64,000 bases of DNA, taken from contig CAWFCG010000003.1 in assembly GCA_963814315.1 (NCBI GenBank), forward strand, positions 1,131,599 to 1,195,598, in the 5' to 3' direction. Positions 31,789-44,560 of the stretch are shown piece by piece (the first letter of the stretch is position 1; every line of letters begins with the position of its first letter). Both the position numbers and the translations under genes were made by a program. The notes below the pieces were generated by a model. That model did not search any database. It saw only the letters and a list, made by a program, of their open reading frames with translations, and was not told where the DNA came from. This DNA is from an uncultured Chloroflexia bacterium. GTDB taxonomy: Bacteria > Chloroflexota > Limnocylindria > Limnocylindrales > CSP1-4.

Positions 31789-33717
31789 TCAGCGAACTGC
31801 GATGCTCTGCGACAGGTCGTCCGTGGCCAGGGCGGAAGGTTTGGGCGAGGCTGCAGCTTCGTCAACGACGTCGATGAGGAGCGACGTCGTCAGCACGCCC
31901 CTGACATCCCGAGAAGGGACTTCGTAGTCGAGCTCAGCGGTGATGCGATAGCTGCCAGCCGGCGGACGGAGGTCGTAGTCGTTGATCCAGGCGATCCAGA
32001 AGGGGGCGTCAGGCGTACCGGGCGAGTAGCCGCCGCCCTTGTCGAACGGGATCGACCGGACGTCACCCTTGGCGAACTGGTACGGCTGGCGGTCCGCATT
32101 CATGAACGAGCCGGGCGAGAGGTCGCCGTCGAGCTGGTCGAGCGAGAATCGAACCAGGCCTGAACTGGATCCGAAGACCGTGATCTCCGGCTCCGATCCG
32201 ATGTACGCAAGCGCCGTATCGATCTCGATCGGCTCACCTACGGACCACACGGACTGGGGCGTCGAGAGCGTCAGCTCGAAGAGCTCGTTTCGCGCGACAT
32301 CGGACTGCGGCTCGCTCGTGAGCGAGGCGGATGGCGGTGCGCTCGTGACCGCCGTCCGGATGGACGTGCTGGCATCCGGGGCCAGGGCGACGCTTGCCTC
32401 TGGCCACGGGCCCTGCCGGCAGTCCTTGCCGACCGGCCCGTCGATGATGTCGGTGACCGCACCGCTCTCGGGGTCGACAAGAGCGGCCTTCCAGTAGCCC
32501 TGCTGCCCATCGAAGCGACCGCAGACGCCGACCACCCAGGCATCGTGCTCGATGTCGAAGCGGATGACCTGGTCGTTGCGCTTGCCAAGCTCTACCGGAT
32601 CGATGATGACGCGGAAGGCAGGATCGGCCATCGCGGCGTCCACTGCCTCCATGGGGTGGAGCCGGCCCGGCTCGAGCCCACCAGTGAGGGGCACCTCGAG
32701 CGTGACCTCGATCGGCTTCCGGTCCGGCCCATCGATGCGTCCGGGCGTGAAGGACCCGCTGATCCGATCCATGCCGTCGGGCGGAGGCCCCAGCCGATGC
32801 GCAGCCAGGCCGTCCCAGCGCAGTCGCTGCTTGACGACGCCACCGGGCGGGATGCGATGGGTGATGCCGACCAGGTCGCAGCCCCAGGTCGCGTGGTCGA
32901 TGGCGTCCCTGGGTCGGAACTCCAGGTAGATCGTCTCGTCACCCACGGTGGACCAGTTGGCCGCTCGCCTCTTGAAGTCCTCGACCCGTTCGAGGCCCTC
33001 CGCCTCGACGGCCGCCTCATCGACCGGGACTCCCGTCCGCCAGATCTGATCAGCCATCTGACCGGTGAGCGGGACGCTGATCTCGCAACCGTCGGTGCTA
33101 TCGAAGACCGGCCTGTCGCGGGTGTTCTTGACCTTGGTGTGGACCCAGATGGGTTCGCCGGCGACGAGGTGGTTGTCATCGATCGTGAGACGAACCCGGA
33201 TGCCATTGCGGTTCGCCACTGCGGTCAGCCGTCGATCGGGCTCCGAGCCGGTGTAGCCGCCTTCGCTCCAGACCACGCGGACCTTGTCACCGTACTCGGC
33301 GAGGGCCTCACGAGCGGGTGGCAACGAGCCGAAGACCCCGACCATAACCTGATTGCCGATGACATCGACCCCGACTTCGCGCAGGTCGATCCCGGCACCA
33401 GCCAGCTCGTCGCGGCGAGCGAAGATCTCATCCTGAAGCGCCTCCAGGTCGGCGAACGTGTAGGTCGCGGGTCGGATGGCGAACTTCGAAGCGTCGCCGT
33501 AGTGACCGAGAAGCTCCGCTTCTACGCCGGCCGCGTCGCCGACGAAGAGGTACGTGTCCAGGCCGCCGCGTTCGCGATCCTTGTAGAAGCCCGCGAAATC
33601 GTCCCGCGCCTCGATGGCCCCGAGGCCTGGTGGAACCGCGCGCGTCACCGCCGACGTCGTCCCCAGCATCAAGAGGAGAGTGATGGCGAGTGCCATCAAG
33701 ACCGAGATCCTGCGCAT
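31789..33717 (-). CDS. Secreted protein of unknown function (642 aa)
   Basis: Signal peptide MRRISVLMALAITLLLMLGTTSAV and high GC3 throughout. The N-terminal ~130 aa vaguely resemble protease pro-domains. Two segments show an Ig-like pattern (LVAGEPIWVHTKVKN, SVGEPIEIDTALAYIG). Confidence 0.6.
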   Translation of the reverse strand: MRRISVLMALAITLLLMLGTTSAVTRAVPPGLGAIEARDDFAGFYKDRERGGLDTYLFVGDAAGVEAELLGHYGDASKFAIRPATYTFADLEALQDEIFARRDELAGAGIDLREVGVDVIGNQVMVGVFGSLPPAREALAEYGDKVRVVWSEGGYTGSEPDRRLTAVANRNGIRVRLTIDDNHLVAGEPIWVHTKVKNTRDRPVFDSTDGCEISVPLTGQMADQIWRTGVPVDEAAVEAEGLERVEDFKRRAANWSTVGDETIYLEFRPRDAIDHATWGCDLVGITHRIPPGGVVKQRLRWDGLAAHRLGPPPDGMDRISGSFTPGRIDGPDRKPIEVTLEVPLTGGLEPGRLHPMEAVDAAMADPAFRVIIDPVELGKRNDQVIRFDIEHDAWVVGVCGRFDGQQGYWKAALVDPESGAVTDIIDGPVGKDCRQGPWPEASVALAPDASTSIRTAVTSAPPSASLTSEPQSDVARNELFELTLSTPQSVWSVGEPIEIDTALAYIGSEPEITVFGSSSGLVRFSLDQLDGDLSPGSFMNADRQPYQFAKGDVRSIPFDKGGGYSPGTPDAPFWIAWINDYDLRPPAGSYRITAELDYEVPSRDVRGVLTTSLLIDVVDEAAASPKPSALATDDLSQSIAVR

Positions 33718-33938
33718 GGCTACCCCCTGCAGCGAGCGTGCTCTGTCAGGGCCGATGCTAGCTGACCGCCTGTCTCACGCATGGCCGACTGCTGTAGTCC
33801 GGGCGAGAGTTGCGGATTCTTCGCCATCGAGTCGGGCTGGGCTCGGTCCCAGCCGGGTGTACGCTGGGGCCTCGGCGGCGGCTCTGCCTCGGCGATGGGA
33901 TCCAGGGCGACTCCGCACGCTGCACGGAGGACGCGACG

Positions 33939-35073
33939 ATGACGCTCGGCCGACGACCCATGACTCTCCTGGCGACTCCCCTTTCCCGCCTCGTGCGAGC
34001 GGTGATCGCCGCTGCCTGGTCCTCGCGGTCGTCGGCGTTCCGGCCGCGGCAGGCAGCCCGCGAGATGGCACCTTCGGCCGAAACGGCATCGCGCTGGTCG
34101 ACTTCGGCGGGGCTGACAAGGCGGTGAGTGGCTTCCTGCTCCACAGCGGCAAGTACCTCCTGGCGGGTGAGTCGAAAGACCCGACGGCAGGGTCGTGGTG
34201 CTCGTGCATGACACCGACGACCGGCACGCGATCGTTGGGCTGGAGGCCGATGGCGGCGTCGATCGCTCCTTCGGGGACGCCGGGGTCGTCCGAACCGACA
34301 GTCGCTCCTTTGGCTGGGGATCGCTCGTGGCGCTGCCAAATGGTCAGGTGCTGGTGGCGACCGAGGACCTCGAGCGCTATACCGTGACCGGCACGCTCGA
34401 TCGTACCTTCGGCCGCGCTGGCAAGGTCGAGCTGAGTAGCAGCGATGGCGGGCTGCTCCGCGAGAAGGACGGTGACATCCTCGTCTTCGGACCATGCGGC
34501 GCATGCGTCGTCGGCCGCCGCTACGACGCCCAAGGGCACCGCGACCGCAACTTCGGGCGCGCCATCGACTCCAAAGCCTTCGTCTCGGTCTACCCACAGT
34601 ATTGGCTCACCGGGATCCCGATGGTCTCGGCCATCGGCCCGGGCGGGCGCATCTTCGTCGGCAGCCTCGCGGGCAATGGCGGGCGACGCGATGAGCTCGA
34701 TGGCCTTGCCGTGGCGTTCACACGCAAGGGCAAGCCGGCACGCGGCTTCCATCGGGATGGCTGGCGCGCGGTGGACTTCGGCGGGTACGAATGGTTCAGC
34801 GGCATCCTGGCCCGGCGCGATGGGCGGGTCCTGCTGGCGGGGACGAGGAGCTCGAGCCGGAGGGGACCCAGCGACGCCATCGTCCTCACGATGCTGAATG
34901 CGGACGGCTCACTACGCAATCGCTTCGGGCGCGGTGGCCGAGCGTTCATCAAGGCGGCGCCGGGGCGCGGGGCACCGACGGCGTGGGCGATGTTCGCTGA
35001 TGGTGAGCGAGCGCTCGTCGTGGGCGAGGCCGGTGGTGACTTCCTCCTCGCCCGCTACCGCCTGGACGCGTAA
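33939..35073 (+). pseudogene. Secreted delta-60-repeat (beta-propeller-like) protein. Frame is broken near 34182 and probably near 34010.
   Basis: Repeats of DxSFG..G.........DG..LVAG....DF.LARY (DGTFGRNGIALVDFGG, VDRSFGDAGVV, LDRTFGRAGKV, LRNRFGRGGRA, GDFLLARYRLD). ESKDP/DGRVVVLV joins only if one G is restored in GACCCGACGGC. The signal peptide (MTLLATPLSRLVRAVIAAA) is in yet another frame. Confidence 0.55.
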
Positions 35074-35423
35074 CGGCGGCTGCGAGCGGGAAGGTGGTCG
35101 TGCACAGGCGCGGTCGTGCGCGGGGGTGGTCATGCATCTGGTCGAATGTCACGCACGGTGGCGTTAGAAAGGTGTCCGGCGCCCACGGCTGTCGTCTCCG
35201 GCCGAATCTCGGCTCCGGGGCCAGCGATCATGCCCCCGCGTGACTGGAACCGAGGCGCACATCGCTCCATCGAGCGGGGCCGCGCGCTGGCCAACTCGCT
35301 AAGGCCGCCGGGCGAAACATCTGAGTAGATGGCGTAGCCGGCCGAGCGGCCGGGACGCGCAAGGCGGTCCGATCCAGCGGCCCTTGGGCCAGCGCTTGCA
35401 CGATGCCGCTACGCTGTGACGGC

Positions 35424-35918
35424 ATGCGTCGATCGTCCTTCCTTTTCGCCGCCCTGGTCTTGGTGACCGCCGTGGCGTGCGGTGGCGACGACGCCTCCCC
35501 CCAGGCCTCGCCCGGAACCTCAGGCAGCCCGGCCGCGAGCGTGCTCGAGGCAAGCACCTCACCCCTGCCCTCGGGCGACATCCAGGGTGAGCTGTGCCTG
35601 CGGGTCAGCGGCGTGGAGCAACGGCTGGCGGGCCTGCGAGCGGTCGAGCTGCGACTGCCCAACCGCGTCGCGCTCAGCATCGAGTTCGACAAGCTGCAGG
35701 CGGCCTATGTGGAGCTGGAGCGAGCCGACTCCGGCGAAGCTGCCGAACGACTGGGGGAGTCCCTCAAGCGACTGGGCTACCGGATCGATGAGCTGCAGCT
35801 GGCCGTCGAGGACTTCCGCACCAACAGCCGCCCGCGCCGCGCAGTCAGCAATGTCGAAGGCGACGCGCAGAAGGTGGCCGACGAGCTGGCCGCCTTCGCC
35901 ATCCTCTCGCGCTGCTAA
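35424..35918 (+). CDS. Lipoprotein of unknown function, predicted helical
   Basis: MRRSSFLFAALVLVTAVACGG lipobox, then a helical Leu/Glu/Arg-rich sequence. Confidence 0.6.
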   Translation: MRRSSFLFAALVLVTAVACGGDDASPQASPGTSGSPAASVLEASTSPLPSGDIQGELCLRVSGVEQRLAGLRAVELRLPNRVALSIEFDKLQAAYVELERADSGEAAERLGESLKRLGYRIDELQLAVEDFRTNSRPRRAVSNVEGDAQKVADELAAFAILSRC

Positions 35919-35942
35919 GCGAGCTGAGTACTCACCGACCTT

Positions 35943-36656
35943 TCAATCGAGCGCGGCCCGGACCTCGGAGGCGTGCTCGCGCAACCAACGCCGAGCCTCC
36001 GGTGTTCGGGGCGCATGCTGCTCCACGAGCGCCCAGAACGCGGGCGTGTGGCCACGGATGCGCAGGTGCGCCAGCTCGTGCACCACGACTGCGTCCAGCA
36101 CGAACGGCGGCGCCAGCAGCAGGCGCCAGCTGAAGGAGAGCGCGCCGCTCGATGAGGCCGACGCCCAGCGGCTGGATTGGTCGCGGATGGTGAGGCGCCC
36201 GGGCCGCACCGCCAGCTCCGGCGCCCGGGCCGCTACGCGCTCGGTGACGACCACACGAGCCCGCACGCGCAACCAACCCTCCAGCAACCGCGGCGTGGTG
36301 TGGCCGTCGCGGCCGAGGCGGACCAACAGTCCGCCAGGTACGGGCTCGACGCGCCCGCGCACCGGACGACGTGCAGCCGCGTCCACCTCGGAGACTCGCA
36401 AAGGCTCGCCGGCGACCTCCAGCACTCGGCCCTCCCCCAGCGATGGCCGCGCCCCAAGTGCCGCCTGCTGACCGCTGATCCGGGCGACATGTCGGTCGAG
36501 CCAGGCCGCGTGCTGGCTGACGAGCCGATCGGCCTCCGCATCGGGCATGCGCCGCGGCAGCACGACCACGATCTCACCCTCACGAGTCACGGTGAGCCGC
36601 GCTCGCCGGGCACGATCGGAGCGGCGGAGGCGGTAGGCGAATCGGTCGGCTGACAT
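35943..36656 (-). CDS. M48-family metallopeptidase, YgjP/DUF45-like
   Basis: HELAHLRIRGH (HExxH) followed by FWALVEQHAP, 237 aa. Confidence 0.8.
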   Translation of the reverse strand: MSADRFAYRLRRSDRARRARLTVTREGEIVVVLPRRMPDAEADRLVSQHAAWLDRHVARISGQQAALGARPSLGEGRVLEVAGEPLRVSEVDAAARRPVRGRVEPVPGGLLVRLGRDGHTTPRLLEGWLRVRARVVVTERVAARAPELAVRPGRLTIRDQSSRWASASSSGALSFSWRLLLAPPFVLDAVVVHELAHLRIRGHTPAFWALVEQHAPRTPEARRWLREHASEVRAALD

Positions 36657-36755
36657 CGGCCCTCATCGTAGGCCGGGAGCACGATGAGGGTCCACCGCGG
36701 CGCCCACGGAGGCTGCCCCTCACGTCTGCCAGCGACACGCTACTATGTCGGCCAC

Positions 36756-36831
36756 GGGGCGATAGCTCAGCTGGAAGAGCATCTGCATGGCATGCAGAAG
36801 GTCCGGGGTTCGAGTCCCCGTCGCTCCACCA
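36756..36831 (+). tRNA. tRNA-Ala (anticodon GGC), CCA encoded
   Basis: Acceptor GGGGCGA/TCGCTCC with G3:U70, anticodon stem TCTGC/GCAGA with loop ATGGCAT, T arm CGGGG-TTCGAGT-CCCCG, then ACCA. Confidence 0.95.
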
Positions 36832-36953
36832 CGCGAAATCCGAACCCAGGGACCCCCGTCGATGGCGGGGGTTTCGACGTTATCGGACTCAAAGACAGGC
36901 CGGACTCAAAGCCCGGCCGGACTCCAGCGGCCAGCATCGGTGAGAATGCACGC

Positions 36954-39517
<2,564 letters not shown>

Positions 39518-39521
<4 letters not shown>

Positions 39522-40480
39522 ACGAGCACGTGGTGTGCACCGCTTGCGGCACGCCCAACTCGGGGGACGACGCCTTCTGCGGTGCGTGCGGCACGTCGCT
39601 GCGAACTTCCACCGTGCCACCGCTGCCCTGCTGGAACTGCCGTGCGCCCAACCCACCCGGGCGTGCCTACTGCGGACAGTGCGGTCAACCGCTTGCCGGT
39701 CCGGCGTACGCGAACGCACCGGACGAGGCACCCAGAGCCGGGCGCAATCCCGTGTTACTGGCCCTGGCCATCGTGCTCGTTGCCTTCCTGGGCATCGTGT
39801 CAGGCTTTCTCATCCTCACCCTGATCGACGACCGTGGTGGCGGCAACGCTGGCGGTGAGCCCACAGCGCAGCCGACGGCCGAGCCGGAGACGGCACCACC
39901 GGATGCGACACCCACGCCGACCCCGACTCCCAAGCCCCGGCGGACCCCCAAGCCGACGCCGACGTTGGGACCGCCGGGCACGTTCGTCTGCAACCGGTCG
40001 ATGTCGGTCGAGGGGCCGCCCGGCACCAAGTGGGACATGGTGCCGGTCTACTTCCGCACCTCCCGCGACTACGACCGTGTCATCTATCAGCTCACCCTGA
40101 CCGGTCGGCTGGACGACGGCATCACGCCGATCGCCAACGTGAGCCCGCAGATCGAAGGCGAGGGCGAGTTCGTCAACGCACCGCCGTTCGACTCATCGGC
40201 CGACTCGCGCATCAGCGTGGTCCTCGCCAACGGCGTGCACGACCGCTCCCGGCTGGATGCCTACGAGCCCAACGGCATGAAGATCGTGAAGACGCTCTCC
40301 ACGCAGCGCTATGAATTGCTCGCCAACTACAGCCCGCCTTCCGACGACCCCTTGATGGCCGATGTCGGCCTGCTCTCCACCATCGATGTCACCGGTGAGG
40401 GCTGCTTCGCGCTGCGCGTGGTCGGCTGGGACGGCGACGGTGACGACACGGCTGCGGTGTACGTGGACATCCAGCGCTAG
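39518..40480 (+). CDS. Double zinc-ribbon membrane protein with a Pro/Thr linker and an unknown extracytoplasmic domain
   Basis: CTACGTPN...CGACG and CWNCRAPN...CGQCG ribbons, a TM helix (VLLALAIVLVAFLGIVSGFLILTLI), then PTPTPTPKPRRTPKPTPT. Its ATG overlaps the leuS TGA (ATGA). Confidence 0.65.
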
Positions 40481-40548
40481 CGCCAGCATGCGCTAGCCTG
40501 AAGGGGTCCTGAACCAAGGGCCACCGAATTGCACCTCGTGAGGCACCC

Positions 40549-41505
40549 ATGCCCGACATGCACGCGCCGCTGAAGCTCGGCGCCGACATCTGGAACCAGT
40601 ACACTGACTGGCCCGCCTTCAAGGCTGCGCACCTGCGCGCCGAAGAGCTGGGTTACGACTCGCTGTGGACGATGGACCACATCTACCCGCCCAACCTGCC
40701 CGAGGATGGGCCCATCTTCGAGGCGCTCATGGCCATGGCGCCCATCGCCGAGCTGACGACCAAGCCGACCATCAGCGTCATGGTGGCATCGAACACCTAC
40801 CGCAATCCGGCTCTGCTCACCAAGATGATGACAACGCTCGACCACATCAGCGGCGGACGGGCCATCCTCTCGGTCGGCGCCGGCTGGGCCGAGCACGAGC
40901 ATCTCGGCTACGGCTTCGAGATGGGCGCCAGCGTGGGTGAGCGTTTGCGCTGGCTGAAGGAGGCTCTGCCGGTCATGCGCGGCATGCTCGACGGCACTCG
41001 GCCCAGCTCATCGGGCCCGCACTACGACATCCACAGCGCGCACAACGTACCGGCGCCGCTCCAGGAGCGCATGCCCATCCTCATCGGCGGCTCCGGGCGC
41101 AAGGTCACGCTGCGCCTGGTGGCCGAGTACGCCGACATCTGCAACATCGGCGGCGCACCGTTGAACGTGGCCGAGGCGGATGCGGTGCTCATCGAGCATT
41201 GCGAGGCAGTCGGCCGTGATGAGCAGACCATCGAGCGCAGCATCGATGTGGGCGTGCCCACCATCCGCGATTCGCGCGCCCAGGCCTTCCGCGACAAGGA
41301 CGCGCTCTTCGCGGCGCAGGACAACGAGACCTGGGCGAACCAGCCCACGGGGACGCCCGAAGATGTCTACGAGTGGTTGGCCCGCTACGTCGAGCTGGGC
41401 TACCACCACCTCGTGTTCTACTGGCCGGCGCCCTACGACGAGGAGTCGATGGTGCGCATGGCCACCGAGGTGCGACCGCGCCTGGAAGCCCTCGTCAACG
41501 CCTGA
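40549..41505 (+). CDS. LLM-class (luciferase-like) F420-dependent oxidoreductase, paralogue 1
   Basis: 318 aa with luciferase-like TIM-barrel blocks (WTMDH, RNPALLTKMMTTLDHISGGRAILSVGAGW, ILIGGSGRKVTLRLVAEYAD). Confidence 0.8.
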   Translation: MPDMHAPLKLGADIWNQYTDWPAFKAAHLRAEELGYDSLWTMDHIYPPNLPEDGPIFEALMAMAPIAELTTKPTISVMVASNTYRNPALLTKMMTTLDHISGGRAILSVGAGWAEHEHLGYGFEMGASVGERLRWLKEALPVMRGMLDGTRPSSSGPHYDIHSAHNVPAPLQERMPILIGGSGRKVTLRLVAEYADICNIGGAPLNVAEADAVLIEHCEAVGRDEQTIERSIDVGVPTIRDSRAQAFRDKDALFAAQDNETWANQPTGTPEDVYEWLARYVELGYHHLVFYWPAPYDEESMVRMATEVRPRLEALVNA

Positions 41506-41527
41506 GCCAACCCAGCAAGGAGTCCCA

Positions 41528-42484
41528 ATGCCCGATATGAACGCCCCCCTGAAGCTGGGCATCAACAACTGGAACCAGTACACCGACTGGGCGTCGTTCC
41601 TGGCCGCCCAGCAGCGGGCCGACCGCCTGGGCTTCGATTCCATCTGGACCTGGGACCACCTCTATCCCATCGTCGGATCGCACGGGGGGCCGATCTTCGA
41701 GTGCTACACCGCCATGGCGGCCGTGGCCACGATGACCGAGCGAGCCAGCATCGGCATGATGGTCGGCGCCAACACCTTCCGCAATCCCGCCCTCGTGGCC
41801 AAGATGATCACCACGCTCGACCACATCAGCGCTGGCCGCGCCGTGCTGGGCATCGGTGCCGCCTGGTTCGAGACCGAGCACGACGCTTTCGGCCTGGAGT
41901 TCGGGGAAGGCCCCGGCGAGCGGCTGCGCTGGCTGCGAGATGCGTTGCCTGTCATGCGCGGCATGCTCGATGGCCAGCGGCCGACGACCGACGGGCGCTA
42001 TCGCACCGATGCCGTGCTCAACCTGCCCGCGCCGGTGCAGGCGCACCTGCCCATCCTCATCGGGGGCTCGGGGCCCAAGGTAACCCTGCGTCTGGTGGCC
42101 GAGTACGCCGATGCCTGCAACATCGGTGGTAGCGCGGAGGAGATGCGGGAGAAGGATGCGACGCTGATGGCCCATTGCCAGGCCATCGGCCGAGACGAGA
42201 AGTCGGTCGAGCGCACGGTCGGCATGGGCACGCCGTTCATCCGGGACTCGCGCGAGGAGGCCAACATGGTCATGGCCGATGCCTTTGCCGACAACGGCGG
42301 CGCCAAGACCTGGACGGGCATGCCCGTGGGCACCGTCGATGATGTCATCGAGCACTGCAAGCCCTACCTCGACCTCGGCTACCGCCACCTCATCTTCGGC
42401 TTCCCGGCTCCCTATGACACCGAGACCCTGGAGCGGCTGGCGGGTGAAGTGCGGCCCGAGCTGGAAGCCCACATCGCCGCCTGA
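41528..42484 (+). CDS. LLM-class F420-dependent oxidoreductase, paralogue 2
   Basis: MPDMNAPLKLGINNWNQYTDW..., clearly similar to paralogue 1 by eye. AAGGAG RBS. Confidence 0.8.
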   Translation: MPDMNAPLKLGINNWNQYTDWASFLAAQQRADRLGFDSIWTWDHLYPIVGSHGGPIFECYTAMAAVATMTERASIGMMVGANTFRNPALVAKMITTLDHISAGRAVLGIGAAWFETEHDAFGLEFGEGPGERLRWLRDALPVMRGMLDGQRPTTDGRYRTDAVLNLPAPVQAHLPILIGGSGPKVTLRLVAEYADACNIGGSAEEMREKDATLMAHCQAIGRDEKSVERTVGMGTPFIRDSREEANMVMADAFADNGGAKTWTGMPVGTVDDVIEHCKPYLDLGYRHLIFGFPAPYDTETLERLAGEVRPELEAHIAA

Positions 42485-42510
42485 TCCGGCCCCACACGAA
42501 GGAGCGACCG

Positions 42511-43506
42511 ATGCCCAACATGCAGGCACCCATCAAGCTCGGTGCCAACATCTGGAACCAGTACACCGACTGGCCCATGTTCCTCGATGCCATGCTGCGT
42601 GCCGAGGACCTGGGGTTTGATTCCCTCTTCACCTGGGACCACGTCTACCCCATCGTCGGCCCCTGGGACGGCCCGGCCCTGGAGACCTACACGGCCATGG
42701 CGGCAGTGGCAGCGCAGACGAAGCACGCCACCATCGGCCACCTCGTGAGCGCCAACACCTTCCGCAATCCGGCCCTGGTGGCCAAGATGATCACAACCAT
42801 CGACCACATCAGTGGCGGCCGAGCCGTGCTGGGCATCGGTGCCGCCTGGATGGAGCCCGAGCACACCGCCTTCGGCATCGAGTTCGGCGATCGCCCGGGC
42901 ACACGACTGCGCTGGCTGGAGCAGTCGCTGCAGATCATCCGCGGCATGCTCGCGGGTGAGCGACCGTCTTCGTCGGAAGGCTCGCGCTACGCCGTCAAGG
43001 AGGTGCTCAACCTGCCGGCGCCGGTGCAGAAGCACATCCCCATCCTCATCGGCGGCTCCGGACCGAAGGTCACCCTGCGACTGGTCGCGCAGTACGCGGA
43101 CATGAACAACCTGGGCAATCCCATCGAAGGACTACGCAAGTCAGACGCCATCCTGCAGGAGCATTGCGCCACCCTCGGCCGCGACGAGAAGACCATCGAG
43201 CGCACGGTCGAGCTGCAGCGCGTGGTCATCCGTGACACGCGTGAGGCGGCGCTGGCGCGTGAGGCTGAGCTGATGGCGTACCAGGGCGGTGCTGCCGATG
43301 ACGAAGTGCGGCCGGGATCTGCCGGTGTGGACTCCGAGCGGATCATCGCAGGCGACCCCGATGAAGTCTACGAGCAGATGAAGCCCTTCGTCGAGGCCGG
43401 CTACCGTCACCTCATCTGTGGCTTTCCGCCACCCTACGACGAGGAGACGATGCGACGCCTGGCGACCGAGGTGCGACCACGCCTGGAGGCCCTCGTCAGC
43501 GGCTGA
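42511..43506 (+). CDS. LLM-class F420-dependent oxidoreductase, paralogue 3
   Basis: MPNMQAPIKLGANIWNQYTDW..., same family. GAAGGAG RBS. Confidence 0.8.
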   Translation: MPNMQAPIKLGANIWNQYTDWPMFLDAMLRAEDLGFDSLFTWDHVYPIVGPWDGPALETYTAMAAVAAQTKHATIGHLVSANTFRNPALVAKMITTIDHISGGRAVLGIGAAWMEPEHTAFGIEFGDRPGTRLRWLEQSLQIIRGMLAGERPSSSEGSRYAVKEVLNLPAPVQKHIPILIGGSGPKVTLRLVAQYADMNNLGNPIEGLRKSDAILQEHCATLGRDEKTIERTVELQRVVIRDTREAALAREAELMAYQGGAADDEVRPGSAGVDSERIIAGDPDEVYEQMKPFVEAGYRHLICGFPPPYDEETMRRLATEVRPRLEALVSG

Positions 43507-43645
43507 CAACACTGCACCGTGTCGGACATAAGCGGGTGATAAGGCGGTCTCGCTAGTCTGCGCTTGCGCCTTGGGACCGACCGCATGACCGGCCACGGAG
43601 CTCTCGGCGCGCCCCTTCGGACGCATCTCAGACAGGTGCTGGGTC

Positions 43646-44509
43646 TTGATGGACATCGTGGCTCAGTGTCCTGGATCACCGCCGTACCGATCCCCGCCTC
43701 CGCCCGCCGGCAGGAGCGATGGCTTGAACGAGGCGATGCCACGCGGACGGACGTTCTCGACGAGCGTACCGGCCCAACAACCACCGACCCAACCGCCACC
43801 ACCGTCCGCCGCGCGACCCTCCGCCGGGCGACCGACCGCAGGGCGACCGACCGCGATGACGTCGCGCCCCACGCCTGGGCTGCTCGTTCCCGTGTTGGTC
43901 GGCCTAGGCGGCGTGCTGGCCGGTGCTGCCCTGGCGGCGCTGGCATTCATGGTGTTGAGTCGACCCTTGGCCCAGGACGGAGTGGCAATGCTTCCCTTCG
44001 GAGAACCAATCGAGGAGGTCGGGGCGATCGGCGCCGGAGCACGCATCGACGGAGCACAAGCGGCGCCGGCCACGGCCATGGAGATCGTCATCGACGTCGC
44101 TGGCGCGGTGGCACGACCGGGCCTGCACCGGTTGCACGCGGGCGACCGGGTCGGCGATGCCATCGAAGCGGCCGGCGGCTTCGCACCGCGCGTGGACCTG
44201 GCCGCGACCAGCCAGTCGCTGAACCTCGCCCAGCCCCTCGAAGATGGCACCAAGGTGCTGGTCCCGGAGCTTGGAGTCGATCGCCCCGAGGTCGCCGCGG
44301 ACGCTGGTAGTGCTGACGGCCTGATCGACCTCAACCACGCGGACCAGGCCGAGTTGGAGTCGCTGCCCGGTATCGGCCCAGTGACGGCCGGCAAGATCAT
44401 GGCCGCCCGGGCCGAGAGCCCTTTCACCTCGGTGCGCGACCTGCGCACGCGCGGGCTGGTGGGTGAGTCGGTGTTCGGGGACATCGAGCAGCTGGTGCAG
44501 GCCCGCTAG
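43646..44509 (+). CDS. comEA: ComEA-family DNA-binding competence protein (start uncertain)
   Basis: TM helix, SLBB-like middle region (RPGLHRLHAGDRVGDAIEAAGG), C-terminal helix-hairpin-helix (IDLNHADQAELESLPGIGPVTAGKIMAAR). Confidence 0.85.
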   Translation: MMDIVAQCPGSPPYRSPPPPAGRSDGLNEAMPRGRTFSTSVPAQQPPTQPPPPSAARPSAGRPTAGRPTAMTSRPTPGLLVPVLVGLGGVLAGAALAALAFMVLSRPLAQDGVAMLPFGEPIEEVGAIGAGARIDGAQAAPATAMEIVIDVAGAVARPGLHRLHAGDRVGDAIEAAGGFAPRVDLAATSQSLNLAQPLEDGTKVLVPELGVDRPEVAADAGSADGLIDLNHADQAELESLPGIGPVTAGKIMAARAESPFTSVRDLRTRGLVGESVFGDIEQLVQAR

Positions 44510-44560
44510 CCGCGAGCGGACGGCAAGCCCTGCCGCGTCAGCTCGAGAGCGAGTCAAGAG

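Noticed and set aside
30510-36831. Genomic island bounded by the two tRNA-Ala genes
   Set aside because: There is no integrase, recombinase or mobility gene. The only shared sequence between the two ends is the conserved tRNA T-arm, and I see no obvious compositional break by eye.
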